Shown here piece after piece: positions 9,133 to 18,457 of a DNA stretch of 41,249 bases. The notes beneath the pieces were generated by a model. That model was not told where the DNA came from. It did not search any database and worked only from the letters and a program-made list of their open reading frames with translations. Position numbers and translations under genes: made by a program. The DNA comes from an uncultured Candidatus Poseidoniales archaeon (GTDB taxonomy: Archaea; Thermoplasmatota; Poseidoniia; Poseidoniales; Thalassarchaeaceae), in the NCBI GenBank assembly GCA_964645485.1, contig CAZXZO010000001.1, positions 90,812-132,060 on the forward strand, read 5' to 3'. Position 1 is the stretch's first letter. Every line of letters starts with the position of its first letter.

Positions 9133-9606
9133 TCAACTCCATCGATGATATGCTGGATGCCCCTCGGTAACAGCCACGAACAACCCCTTTCCTTTGGCGC
9201 AGAGTTTTCCTTCAGCGTGTAATTCCATCTCAATATGTGCTCGGTCGGTCGAGAGTTCAGTGACTTTTGCAGTTACGTGGAGTGGTACATTAACAGGGGT
9301 AGGGCGTCGAAGTTGAACCGAATAAGATGCAGTCACAGTGCAAGGTGGCTCACTGTCTCCGTGTTCATCCATTAACGCGATTGCCGCAGTCCAATTTCCG
9401 TGACAATCTAGTAAGGTGCCAATTATTCCACCATTTACCATGCCAGGGAATGCTTGATGTTCATCTGAAGTTGTGAACCACAATTCTAACCCCTCTTCAG
9501 TTCGAGTTGAATTGATCTTCAATCCTTGTGGATTGGCAGGTCCACAACCAAAACAGATTGATGAGGGTGCAAATTCTCTCTGAACTCCTATCTCTTCGTC
9601 AGCCAT
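9133..9606 (-). CDS. PaaI-family hotdog-fold thioesterase
   Basis: CFGCGPANPQGL, HQAFPGMVNGGIIGTLLD, VTASYSVQLRRPTP. Start is 9606 or 9633. Confidence 0.88.
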   Translation of the reverse strand: MADEEIGVQREFAPSSICFGCGPANPQGLKINSTRTEEGLELWFTTSDEHQAFPGMVNGGIIGTLLDCHGNWTAAIALMDEHGDSEPPCTVTASYSVQLRRPTPVNVPLHVTAKVTELSTDRAHIEMELHAEGKLCAKGKGLFVAVTEGHPAYHRWS

Positions 9607-9756
9607 CACCTTGCCGCTAAGCCGGCCACCCATCTTTTTTGCCCTATTTCAGGGTGGGAATACGCCATATTGTTGAGATTATTAGCGGCGGCTTTTTGTT
9701 TAATCACCATCAGCAACATTTAGCGGAGTCGCTACTGCTTGGATGGGTGAGGTCTA

Positions 9757-11466
9757 TTGCCTACAAAAGATGACTCTGATTCTACTGATGTTGATGCTAC
9801 CAAAAAGGTGGCCGAAAAGGTGGTTATTGCTAAAGAAAAAGCCGAAGTGAATTCGAAATCAACGATTTCTAACAGTAGTAGCAAGACTACATCAAAGCCC
9901 AAGGCAAAGCAATCGAAGAAAGTACAATCTGATGCCAAAAAGAAGACCACTACCAAGGCTAAATCAACAAAGAAAGCACAATCTGATTCCAAAAAGAAGA
10001 CCACTACTAAGGCTAAATCAACAAAGAAAGCACAATCTGATGCCAAAAAGAAGACCACTACTAAGGCTAAATCAACAAAGAAAGCACAATCTGATTCCAA
10101 AAAGAAGCCCTCTGTTAAGGCTAAACCCAAGTCAAAAGCATCTAAGAAACAAAAAGCAACGCTCAAAGTTAGCAATCAAATCCCAAAAGAGCGTCGCGCT
10201 ACTATTGAAAAGTCACTATCCAAAGCTAAGAAAAGAAAACGCCAAGAATGGGACCGCGCAAAAGGTGCAAAACAGCATCGTATTGCAAATAAGAGAGTCA
10301 AACCGGGTACAATTCGCAGAATTTCTATGCCTCTTTTGGATGTAAATCTGGGAGAGAGTTGGGATACTCCAATCACAGTCATTCATGGTGCTCGCCCTGG
10401 GCCAGTAGTAACAATCACCGGGGCAATTCACGGAGATGAGTTAGTAGGTCCACTTGCTTGTTCTATGCTCTGTCAAGAATCAATGACAGGGCCTAGTCGC
10501 GCGTTAGACCCAACTGCGATGGCTGGAACAATTCGAATTGTTCCAGTACTAAATCCTCCCGGATTTAGGAGGCATAATCGATATTTCCCGGATGGACGCG
10601 ACCTTAATCGTCAATTTCCGGGCACTGTTGAGGGCAATACTACCAGCAGAGTTGCTGACAAAATTTGGGAAAATCTGGTCATCTCAACTGATTACTTACT
10701 CGACCTTCATTCAGCAGCGAGAGGGAGAACAAATTTACCCCAAGTAAGAGCAAATCTGGCCCATCCTGAGAGCAATAGGGTTGCAAGGGCATTCGGTGTT
10801 GAAGTGGTCCTTGATTCGAAAGGTCCCAGAGGCACACTTAGGCGAAATGCCACAGAAGAAGGAATTGGTGCAATCACTTACGAAGGTGGTGGTGCTACGT
10901 TGACCGACCACGAAGCAGTGAAGGTGGCAGTGTATGGTGTACTCAATGTTCTTCGCTCATTGAAGGTAATTCCTGGTTACCCAAACCGTCCTCGATTCCG
11001 TTTACTTGCTTCGGGTTCAACATGGATTCGCTCGGAAGAAGGTGGGCTTGTTGACATGTTTGTTCAATCCGGTGCATTTGTTGAAAAGGGGGATATTATT
11101 GGTCGAATAGTTGACCCACATAAACCGGGAATGAGTGCTGATATTTTGTCTCCTGAACGTGGACTTTTGATTTGTTCCGCAACAAATCCGTTTGTAACGG
11201 CTGGTACTCCTGTAGGTCATTTGCTGCCAATTTCAAGAGGTGTGAGATTAGTAAAAAGTCAGCTTGATGATAAAAATCGGCTGATTGTTAGTGGAAGCGT
11301 TGCTGACCCGCCTTGGCGTGAAGAATACGAAGTGGATGAAATATCAATCAGTGGTGAATGGCAAGGCGGAGATGTTGACTCAGAATGGCAAAAAGATTGG
11401 ATCCAAGATAGTGGCCAATTGGTCCCCAGTTCAGCAGAAGAAGAGGATGCTGAAGAAGAATTCTGA
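9757..11466 (+). CDS. Succinylglutamate desuccinylase/aspartoacylase (AstE/AspA, M14-like) family protein with Lys-rich N-terminal extension
   Basis: GAIHGDE, RDLNRQFPG, LLDLH and TYEGG motifs plus a C-terminal barrel-sandwich part. TTG start follows SD GGGTGAGG at 9745-9752. Confidence 0.9.
   Translation: MPTKDDSDSTDVDATKKVAEKVVIAKEKAEVNSKSTISNSSSKTTSKPKAKQSKKVQSDAKKKTTTKAKSTKKAQSDSKKKTTTKAKSTKKAQSDAKKKTTTKAKSTKKAQSDSKKKPSVKAKPKSKASKKQKATLKVSNQIPKERRATIEKSLSKAKKRKRQEWDRAKGAKQHRIANKRVKPGTIRRISMPLLDVNLGESWDTPITVIHGARPGPVVTITGAIHGDELVGPLACSMLCQESMTGPSRALDPTAMAGTIRIVPVLNPPGFRRHNRYFPDGRDLNRQFPGTVEGNTTSRVADKIWENLVISTDYLLDLHSAARGRTNLPQVRANLAHPESNRVARAFGVEVVLDSKGPRGTLRRNATEEGIGAITYEGGGATLTDHEAVKVAVYGVLNVLRSLKVIPGYPNRPRFRLLASGSTWIRSEEGGLVDMFVQSGAFVEKGDIIGRIVDPHKPGMSADILSPERGLLICSATNPFVTAGTPVGHLLPISRGVRLVKSQLDDKNRLIVSGSVADPPWREEYEVDEISISGEWQGGDVDSEWQKDWIQDSGQLVPSSAEEEDAEEEF
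9916..10124 (+). repeat. Coding tandem repeat, 54 bp (18 aa, KKAQSD[A/S]KKKTTTKAKST), about 3.9 copies
   Basis: Near-identical units start at 9916, 9970, 10024 and 10078. Confidence 0.95.
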
Positions 11467-11556
11467 ATGTAGCCATTAGAATTGCAATGCAATATTGAAT
11501 ATTTTTGCCGTATGATTTGAATAGGTCCACGTATTTCGGTAAGGTGAGGTGCGAAC

Positions 11557-11871
11557 ATGGAAGAGGTCGGGTGGACTCCTGCGGAGGATTCAATTTTGGA
11601 ATCCCAGGTAGAAAGTAAGTTAGCAGATATCATTGAAGGGGATTCATTGGAAAACCTTCGGAAAAAATCAGATTCAAGCCAAACAACAGAAGAAATTGCA
11701 AAAGCGACAAGGTCTGCTAAAGGTGATAGACGATTAGATACAACTCCTGCAGAACACGCCCATGCTGAGCAGTTAACTGATGTTGTAAGTTGGGTTCTTG
11801 TTGGAATTGCAGTAGTTGTCGTTCTAGCCGGCGCTGCCGCCTCTATTTTGTTTGGAACTTCAATAATTTGA
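11557..11871 (+). CDS. Small protein with C-terminal TM anchor
   Basis: Strong SD AAGGTGAGGTG before ATG; C-terminal hydrophobic helix VVSWVLVGIAVVVVLAGAAASILF. Confidence 0.8.
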   Translation: MEEVGWTPAEDSILESQVESKLADIIEGDSLENLRKKSDSSQTTEEIAKATRSAKGDRRLDTTPAEHAHAEQLTDVVSWVLVGIAVVVVLAGAAASILFGTSII

Positions 11872-11878
11872 AGATTTT

Positions 11879-14800
11879 TTACCGGTATATCTCAGGTAAA
11901 GTTGGTGTTGGTAGACGCCTTTGTGGTGGTTTTCTACGAGTAACCATTGTGAATAGAATGAGGACCCCAAGAATGACTGCCAAACCAATCACAATTCCAT
12001 TAGAAATTGTTGGGCCACCTACTCCAAGTTCGCCAGTTTCATTATTTGTGATAGATTGATTATTTTCATCATTATTTCCCTCACTTGGTATGGCTTCTGG
12101 TGGTGGATTCCACACTTCAAAGAACAGTGTTGAACTAAGTTCAACCACATCGTTCCCGTCTGTTAGAGTGAAAGTTACAACCCATGGGCCAACTGTCTCA
12201 TTGTGTCTAGGGCAAAGTACCTGCTCCATAGTTGAGAAGCCTAGTGGTTCAGAACAATCTATTGGTTGGGTAGCATAGGTTAGCCCTTCATTGGTAGAAT
12301 CGATAATGTATTCACCAACAATTACAGTCTGCGTTCCATCAGGCCAAGTCATAGTCCAGTTGACTTCTGAATTGTTCAGAAGGTCAGGGATGGTGAATGA
12401 CACGTCTTCAAACCAGACCAGCATCACAAACTTCTGATATGAACTATTCAATACAGAACTAGTGTTGTTTTGAGATATTGATGGGTGAACAGTCCATTGA
12501 GTATGAGCCGAGTGGTTGACACCATTGTCAATTTCATCATCACAATCATCGTCAATCCAATTCCAAGTTTCATTGGCGTCCGGTGCGCGCGTCGAGTCAT
12601 TGTCATCACAGTCATCAAACCAGCGGAAGCCATCCCCATCATTGTCTAAGTCAGGCACCAAAGGGTCAGTGTGAGTCACTAATAGTTCATCACCATCGAA
12701 CAAGCCATCACGGTCTGTATCGTTGTGGAATGGGTCGGTGCCAATCAGGTTGAACTCATCCAAGTCAAACAGCCTATCTCCATCGCTGTCAAGCCCGTAG
12801 AAATCCTCATCAATTAAATCATCACAATCGTTGTCAAATCCATCCAAAAGTTCGGGGTTGCCCGGGAAAAGTGAAGCATTTGTATCATTACAATCAGCAA
12901 ACCAATACCAGCCATCGGCGTCGGTATCATTATCGAAAAATAGTGGGTCACTGCTCCAATTTAGCACTTCGTCACCATCAGAAAGCCCATCTCCATCGGT
13001 GTCCCAAAAAAAGTAACCGGTGTTGTAAAAGTGATATTCTGACCAGTCACTAAGTCCGTCATTATCAGTGTCAGATTCGTTGAATCCTTCATCAATGAAA
13101 CCGTCACAATCATTGTCGCGGTTATCCAATTCTTCGGGTGCTCCGGGGAAAACCCACCAGTCATCTTCGTCGCAATCCTCGAACCAATACCAGCCGTCAG
13201 CATCGATGTCATTATCGTAGAATAATGGGTCGGAAAAAGAGGTGTAAACTTCGTATCCGTCTGACATTCCGTCACCATCAGTGTCGTTGTTAAGAGGGTC
13301 AGTTCCGTTGACAAAAACCTCCACCCCGTCAAGTAGACCATCCCCATCACTGTCAGGGTTGAGTGGGTCTGTGGAGTAGTTCAAAACCTCCAAGCCGTCG
13401 TTGAGGAAGTCATCATCTGTATCGTTGTCAAATGGGTCGGTGCTGTAATTGTTAGTTTCAGCATCATCAAGCAGTCCATCCAAATCGCTGTCACGGCTAA
13501 GTTCTGTTCCGTGGAGAATTAATTGCCAATCTTCGAAAGTTCCAGAAGTGCCACTATCCTTGTCTTCCACACTAATTGTCCAATTACCAACACTGCCTTC
13601 ATCCCAAAAGTGGACCGAAGAGAACATCCAATTATTGTAATCGTTGCCATTGTCACTGTGCTCGGTAGCGAGGACAGATTCTGTGCCGCTAGGTGAAGTC
13701 AATTTGATTTCAAGGTCACCGCGATTGTTGTGATCAATATCAACAACCACCTCAACAGATTCAAGCAGTAAGTCTTGATTTATCGAAAGAGTATCTGTGA
13801 CATCTATGCCGGTAGCATCTGGAATGGCCGAATTTAGAACTTGTAGTCCACTAGTATAGTTACTTTCGTTTTCCACTGTCGTCCAGTTTTCAGCCAAAGC
13901 CACTGCAGCGCCAGCATCAATCACGCCAAATCCGTATTTGTGGCTGACGTCATGTCCCGCACCGTTGACATTCCATGACCAATCATTTGCATCGTTAACA
14001 CGTGCTGAGTTGACTAAAACGTGCTGTACATCTCTCCAAGTGAGGTTAGAGTTTGCCTCCAACATGAGTGCGATAACTCCCGAAACAAGAGGTGTTGCGG
14101 AGGATGTACCACCGAAATTATCGTTGTAATCATTGTTTGTGTAGCCAGCCGAACCTTCGATATCGGTGGTCGTAATGCCTTCCCCATCTCCATCGGATGG
14201 AGCAGCAACTAGGATGTTATCACCCGGTTCAGAATACCATGCGTTGTCTCCGTAATGAGTGGTGGCGGCTACAGCAATTGTGAAGCGACTATTCGCGTAG
14301 CCATCATAGTTTGAGTCATCATCATTGTTCAGACCGTTTCCAGCAGCCCATGTGATGATGTTGCCAAGTCCTGAGCGTCCTTGGTAGACATCTGCTTCAA
14401 ACGCCGCCATCATCAAGGGACCAGGCGCTTCTAATGTGTATCCATTATCGCTAGGTCCCCATGAATTTGAGTAGATGTCAATTGATTGTCTCATATGACT
14501 GAGTGCATTCGCTTCTTTGGTGTCAGAAAGACTGCACGAAATCAACTGTAAACCAGCAAGACCGGCTTGTGGTGCCGCTCCTGAAACTCCGAGGCTGTTG
14601 TTTCCGACTGCAGCGGCTACGCCGGCTGCTGATGTACCATGTCCGTCCCAGTTTGAAGGATTTGGATTGCCATCATTGCCACAATAATCGTAGTCAAGTG
14701 TACTTTCATAGTAATCATCCAAATCAGGATGGTCCCAATCAAGACCGTCATCAACGATTCCGATTACAACTCCAAATCCGGTGTAATTATCCCAAACTGC

Positions 14801-15310
14801 TGTGATATTGACATCTTCACCAGTTGTTCCACTAGTTTGTCCGGTATTCTGTAAATGCCATTGGTCAGAGAATTTGGTATCATTAGGAATTAATTTTTTT
14901 GAAGCATTCCATTCAACCAATGGATAAGCGACTTCAATCACACCATCAGCCTGTAATTTAGCAAACTTATCCACTGCATCTTTGCCCGCATCTGCATCTA
15001 CAATCCATGTGTTGGGCAGGTCTGGTGTAGCCTCCCCCAAGGGTGTTTGACTTACCACAACCCATTGTTCAACTGTAGCCAATTCAGTTTCAGAATATTG
15101 AGATAAATCGCTTACACGCGCAAAAGCCGCCCTTACTGCAGGAGAAAATCCCTGTACGATGGAATCTTCATCACCCATTGGACCAAAAACACCCAAAATT
15201 GGAGTATCTTGTTTTTCTAACCCCTTCTCAATTGTGGAGAGTGAATCACCAAGTACTATCGGTGAGAGAATTGAAACAAGCAGCAAGCCAACGACCAGCG
15301 TATTTCGCAT
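11879..15310 (-). CDS. Kexin/furin-like S8 serine protease with P-domain, Ca-binding repeats and C-terminal TM
   Basis: Signal peptide; triad IVDDG, HGT, GTSSATP; oxyanion AAGNG; SNSWGP; P-domain (HNNRGDLEIKLTSPSGT, GNWTISVED); DxDxDGLxD/TDP repeats; three DCDD...PGAxE..D..DNDCDG motifs; TM followed by RRK. Confidence 0.93.
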   Translation of the reverse strand: MRNTLVVGLLLVSILSPIVLGDSLSTIEKGLEKQDTPILGVFGPMGDEDSIVQGFSPAVRAAFARVSDLSQYSETELATVEQWVVVSQTPLGEATPDLPNTWIVDADAGKDAVDKFAKLQADGVIEVAYPLVEWNASKKLIPNDTKFSDQWHLQNTGQTSGTTGEDVNITAVWDNYTGFGVVIGIVDDGLDWDHPDLDDYYESTLDYDYCGNDGNPNPSNWDGHGTSAAGVAAAVGNNSLGVSGAAPQAGLAGLQLISCSLSDTKEANALSHMRQSIDIYSNSWGPSDNGYTLEAPGPLMMAAFEADVYQGRSGLGNIITWAAGNGLNNDDDSNYDGYANSRFTIAVAATTHYGDNAWYSEPGDNILVAAPSDGDGEGITTTDIEGSAGYTNNDYNDNFGGTSSATPLVSGVIALMLEANSNLTWRDVQHVLVNSARVNDANDWSWNVNGAGHDVSHKYGFGVIDAGAAVALAENWTTVENESNYTSGLQVLNSAIPDATGIDVTDTLSINQDLLLESVEVVVDIDHNNRGDLEIKLTSPSGTESVLATEHSDNGNDYNNWMFSSVHFWDEGSVGNWTISVEDKDSGTSGTFEDWQLILHGTELSRDSDLDGLLDDAETNNYSTDPFDNDTDDDFLNDGLEVLNYSTDPLNPDSDGDGLLDGVEVFVNGTDPLNNDTDGDGMSDGYEVYTSFSDPLFYDNDIDADGWYWFEDCDEDDWWVFPGAPEELDNRDNDCDGFIDEGFNESDTDNDGLSDWSEYHFYNTGYFFWDTDGDGLSDGDEVLNWSSDPLFFDNDTDADGWYWFADCNDTNASLFPGNPELLDGFDNDCDDLIDEDFYGLDSDGDRLFDLDEFNLIGTDPFHNDTDRDGLFDGDELLVTHTDPLVPDLDNDGDGFRWFDDCDDNDSTRAPDANETWNWIDDDCDDEIDNGVNHSAHTQWTVHPSISQNNTSSVLNSSYQKFVMLVWFEDVSFTIPDLLNNSEVNWTMTWPDGTQTVIVGEYIIDSTNEGLTYATQPIDCSEPLGFSTMEQVLCPRHNETVGPWVVTFTLTDGNDVVELSSTLFFEVWNPPPEAIPSEGNNDENNQSITNNETGELGVGGPTISNGIVIGLAVILGVLILFTMVTRRKPPQRRLPTPTLPEIYR

Positions 15311-15356
15311 AGCCGGGTGGCCCCCACGGTGCCAATTAGCACTATCCCTTACATTC

Positions 15357-18326
15357 TCAAGGATTGGTTTGCCGATTATCGTAGTAAACGTGCACCGTTT
15401 CGGTTTCTTTTACACCATCACGGTCCCAATCATAACTGTCAGCAACTGCAACCAATGCATGTGTCTCTTGACGTTGAGGGGTGTCCCAAGTTTCGTACAC
15501 CACCAAAGTTGTGTTTTCGTATTGGGCGATTCCACTAGTTGATACATTTCCTTCCACTTGAACTATGTGATAGTAATACTCATGCTGTAAATCTCCAGCC
15601 ATTGTTGTGTTACGTGTGTGGATTGTGACGTCATTATTCGTCCACTCGATATTCCCATCTGCATCATCGTCAGAACGGAAAGATTCTGCTCCAACATAGA
15701 TGGTCCTTTCGTAGTGCCCATCTCCATTGAAATCTCTGCCATGCCAAACATTTGCATTCGTCCATTCTGTATCCCAAAGTCCGTCGCTGTTGTTATCCCA
15801 GTGTACTTGAATAATTTCAACAGCGTGCACTGCATTGATGTCACCATTACTGTTGAAATCCCATAGTTGTAAAATCCAAGTAGCAGTGGTTTCAGAGTTC
15901 CAGCCGTTTGGTTGCTCGTCTTGTTTTTGTGCATAGACTCTGATTGCTGCGTAGTAGTCAAGATTGCCGTCATCATTCCAATCTCTTGCTTCAGCCCCTG
16001 CTGCCGTCTCATTGTAGAAGTCCCAGTTTCCGTCATCATCCAAGTCTGTTGCCTCGGAAGAGTGGGTCAAAAACCAGGTGTGGTCTGCATTTCCATCAGC
16101 ATCCCAATCTTTGACAGTAGTTGCATAGAAAAATTTCTGCAATGTTTCAGGGTTTCCATCACCATCTGCATCGTCCTCACGTTCCATGCCAAGGGCCATC
16201 ACAACTTTGTCTTCTTGTCCGTCAAAGTTTCGGTCAATTATGCCAACACCAAGCCAGCCTGCATTACGAGTGTCAACGATTCCATCTGAGTTGTTGTCAA
16301 ATTGCTCTTCACCAAATTGTGCGGCTCGCAAGTCATCAACATGCCCGTCCCAATTCCTGTCTTTTGCGTGTACCACTTGGCCCCAATTTGCTGTGTGGTT
16401 TACGTTGCCATCACCATCCATATCTAAACTGATTGAAGTCATAATTAGCATGATTGCTTCTTCAGGTGTGCCATCATCGTTGGCGTCTACTGCGGCAACA
16501 ATTCCGTAAACAAAGTGAGTCCCTTCAATCGTGCCGTCTCCAGTCAAATCGACTTTACGAATTACTGCTCCAGCGAGTAAGACTCGCTCTGGATTTCCAT
16601 CTTCATCAACGTCAACACCAGCGGCAGCAACCAAGTAAGTATTCTCATCAACTATGGTTCCATTTGTCCAAGTTACAACTAATATGTGAAGTGCTTCAAG
16701 AACTTCAGGTGTGCCATTATCGTTCATGTCTGTGGCGTTGAGTGCTTCAATTTCATAAACTGAAATGTCTGGAATCCCATCTGAATCACGGTCAGCCGTA
16801 CAATATCTCGCTCGGTATAGGACGGCTCTCTCTGGATTTCCATCATTATTGGCATCAAGCCACATAACTGCTGTAGCGCGGTGGCAAGTTGATTCATTGA
16901 CTCCATCCCCATCCAAATCATCCATGAATGATTCATTCCACCAAACCGCGTGAGTATTGTTGATTGCGTCTTCGTAGTGTTCGGCCTCAAGCGCAGAGTC
17001 TTCACCAGCCGAATCCATCTCGTCCCCGGTATCATCGAATAAATCGTCCATGATTTCACCCTGTCCACTAAGGTTTTCATCAGGAATTTCTGTAGCAGTC
17101 TCATTTTCACTCACATGCGCATCGGTGTCCGTTAGTGGGTCATGAGAGGATTTTCCACTTCTTCCTCCACCCGTGGTGTAGTTCGATTCGGCCACCTGAG
17201 TAACCCCATCTTCATCCTTGGTTTGCCAACTATCAATGTTCCCTTCATCGTGATTTGCGTCTCCATCCCCATCGGGGTCAAAGTCAGATTCCCAGTCGTA
17301 TCCATCTTCTGATTCAGCAGGTTCTGCATCATCCACAGTGCCGTCAGAATCCTCATCGATTTCATCTTCAACAGCGCCATCATCTGGAAGGTTATCTTGA
17401 TAATACTCATAGAAGTCACTTTCAGTTAGTTCTTCAATTACTTCCACTGTGGTTGTCCAAGTGGTTTGCTCCCTTTGTGAATCCTCTGCAATCACCGTAA
17501 TTTCATAGACTCCTGCTTCTGAGTAGGAGTGGTTTTGACTGTCAGTTTGAAGGACATCAATTATCCCGTCACCCCATTGGATAATTTGGGTAATATGCCC
17601 ACCTTCTGGGTCAGAGGTAGTGAGGAAAACTGCAATCTCCTCTTCGACTAAAACGATTAGAGAACCATCACTTTCAGGTTCAACTCTAACATCCAATAAT
17701 GGAGCCAAATTTGTCGCAATCAAAATGGTGGATTCTGCGGTTCCAGTAGTGCCATTTACATCAGTCGCTGAAGCAATTATGGTGAAACTCCCGGCTGTGT
17801 CCCATGAATGGTTTCCAGTGGTCTCTGTGGAGGTTGTGCCGTCACCAAAATCAATCAAATATGTTAGTGCATCTCCATTGCCGTCGGTAGCTGAAAATGA
17901 GTAGTCAACTGAACTGTTCGCATACGAAATGCTCTGTACTGTCAAACTAACTTCTGGCACCTCATTTGGTTCTAGACTTGTGAATCTTACTTCCTTTGAA
18001 ATTGAGTTGCCATTCGCATCAGTCACGAGTACTGAAACAGTGTGGGTAATCGCTGTTAAACCGCTGAGTGATAGGCTATTCGAGGATTCACTCAAAGCGG
18101 CTCCATCCAGAGACCATGCGTATGTGTAGGGTGCTTCTCCACCCAAAACATGCACTGATACAACCTTCCCATCAACAGCCCCATCACTGGGCTCTTGAGT
18201 TACCATTGTTGCAGTGAGGGGATCAGCCTCAACTACATCTTCTCCACCGATACATCCAGCCAAGACTGACAATAACATCATCGTTATCATCAACCCGCTG
18301 GCAGCAATTTTTCTGGTCGTCAACAT
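15357..18326 (-). CDS. Large acidic lipoprotein with Ig/PKD-like domains and a long DxDxDG-repeat domain
   Basis: Lipobox LAGC; PKD motifs FGDG...HSWDTAG and WGDG...HSYSEAG; acidic linker; about 21 D-x-[DN]-x-[DN]-G motifs at roughly 21-aa spacing; SD AAGGTGG. Confidence 0.88.
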   Translation of the reverse strand: MLTTRKIAASGLMITMMLLSVLAGCIGGEDVVEADPLTATMVTQEPSDGAVDGKVVSVHVLGGEAPYTYAWSLDGAALSESSNSLSLSGLTAITHTVSVLVTDANGNSISKEVRFTSLEPNEVPEVSLTVQSISYANSSVDYSFSATDGNGDALTYLIDFGDGTTSTETTGNHSWDTAGSFTIIASATDVNGTTGTAESTILIATNLAPLLDVRVEPESDGSLIVLVEEEIAVFLTTSDPEGGHITQIIQWGDGIIDVLQTDSQNHSYSEAGVYEITVIAEDSQREQTTWTTTVEVIEELTESDFYEYYQDNLPDDGAVEDEIDEDSDGTVDDAEPAESEDGYDWESDFDPDGDGDANHDEGNIDSWQTKDEDGVTQVAESNYTTGGGRSGKSSHDPLTDTDAHVSENETATEIPDENLSGQGEIMDDLFDDTGDEMDSAGEDSALEAEHYEDAINNTHAVWWNESFMDDLDGDGVNESTCHRATAVMWLDANNDGNPERAVLYRARYCTADRDSDGIPDISVYEIEALNATDMNDNGTPEVLEALHILVVTWTNGTIVDENTYLVAAAGVDVDEDGNPERVLLAGAVIRKVDLTGDGTIEGTHFVYGIVAAVDANDDGTPEEAIMLIMTSISLDMDGDGNVNHTANWGQVVHAKDRNWDGHVDDLRAAQFGEEQFDNNSDGIVDTRNAGWLGVGIIDRNFDGQEDKVVMALGMEREDDADGDGNPETLQKFFYATTVKDWDADGNADHTWFLTHSSEATDLDDDGNWDFYNETAAGAEARDWNDDGNLDYYAAIRVYAQKQDEQPNGWNSETTATWILQLWDFNSNGDINAVHAVEIIQVHWDNNSDGLWDTEWTNANVWHGRDFNGDGHYERTIYVGAESFRSDDDADGNIEWTNNDVTIHTRNTTMAGDLQHEYYYHIVQVEGNVSTSGIAQYENTTLVVYETWDTPQRQETHALVAVADSYDWDRDGVKETETVHVYYDNRQTNP

Positions 18327-18408
18327 TCATTCCACCTTGATTTCCCATTTATATCTAATAAATAAATATAATTCCTCCAGCAATTCACCCATTTGTTGGT
18401 GAAATTGA

Positions 18409-18425
18409 AGCCTCCGTAGGAGGCT
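18409..18425 (-). terminator. Hairpin AGCCTCC-gta-GGAGGCT downstream of the LeuA-family gene
   Basis: Perfect 7-bp inverted repeat about 30 nt past the stop at 18458; a second imperfect hairpin lies at 18381-18407. Confidence 0.5.
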
Positions 18426-18457
18426 ATTTGCCGTCATATTTTAGGATTGAAATTCTC

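Noticed and set aside
9732-10345. ORFs 9732..10175 (-) and 9932..10345 (+) as real repeat proteins
   Set aside because: They are shadow frames of the 54-bp Lys-rich coding repeat.
12090-18129. Many 60-160 aa alternative-frame ORFs within the S8 and lipoprotein genes (and likewise within 27867-32573)
   Set aside because: They arise from Asp/Gly codon bias (GAT/GAC/GGA), which removes stops in other frames; no motifs or SD sites.
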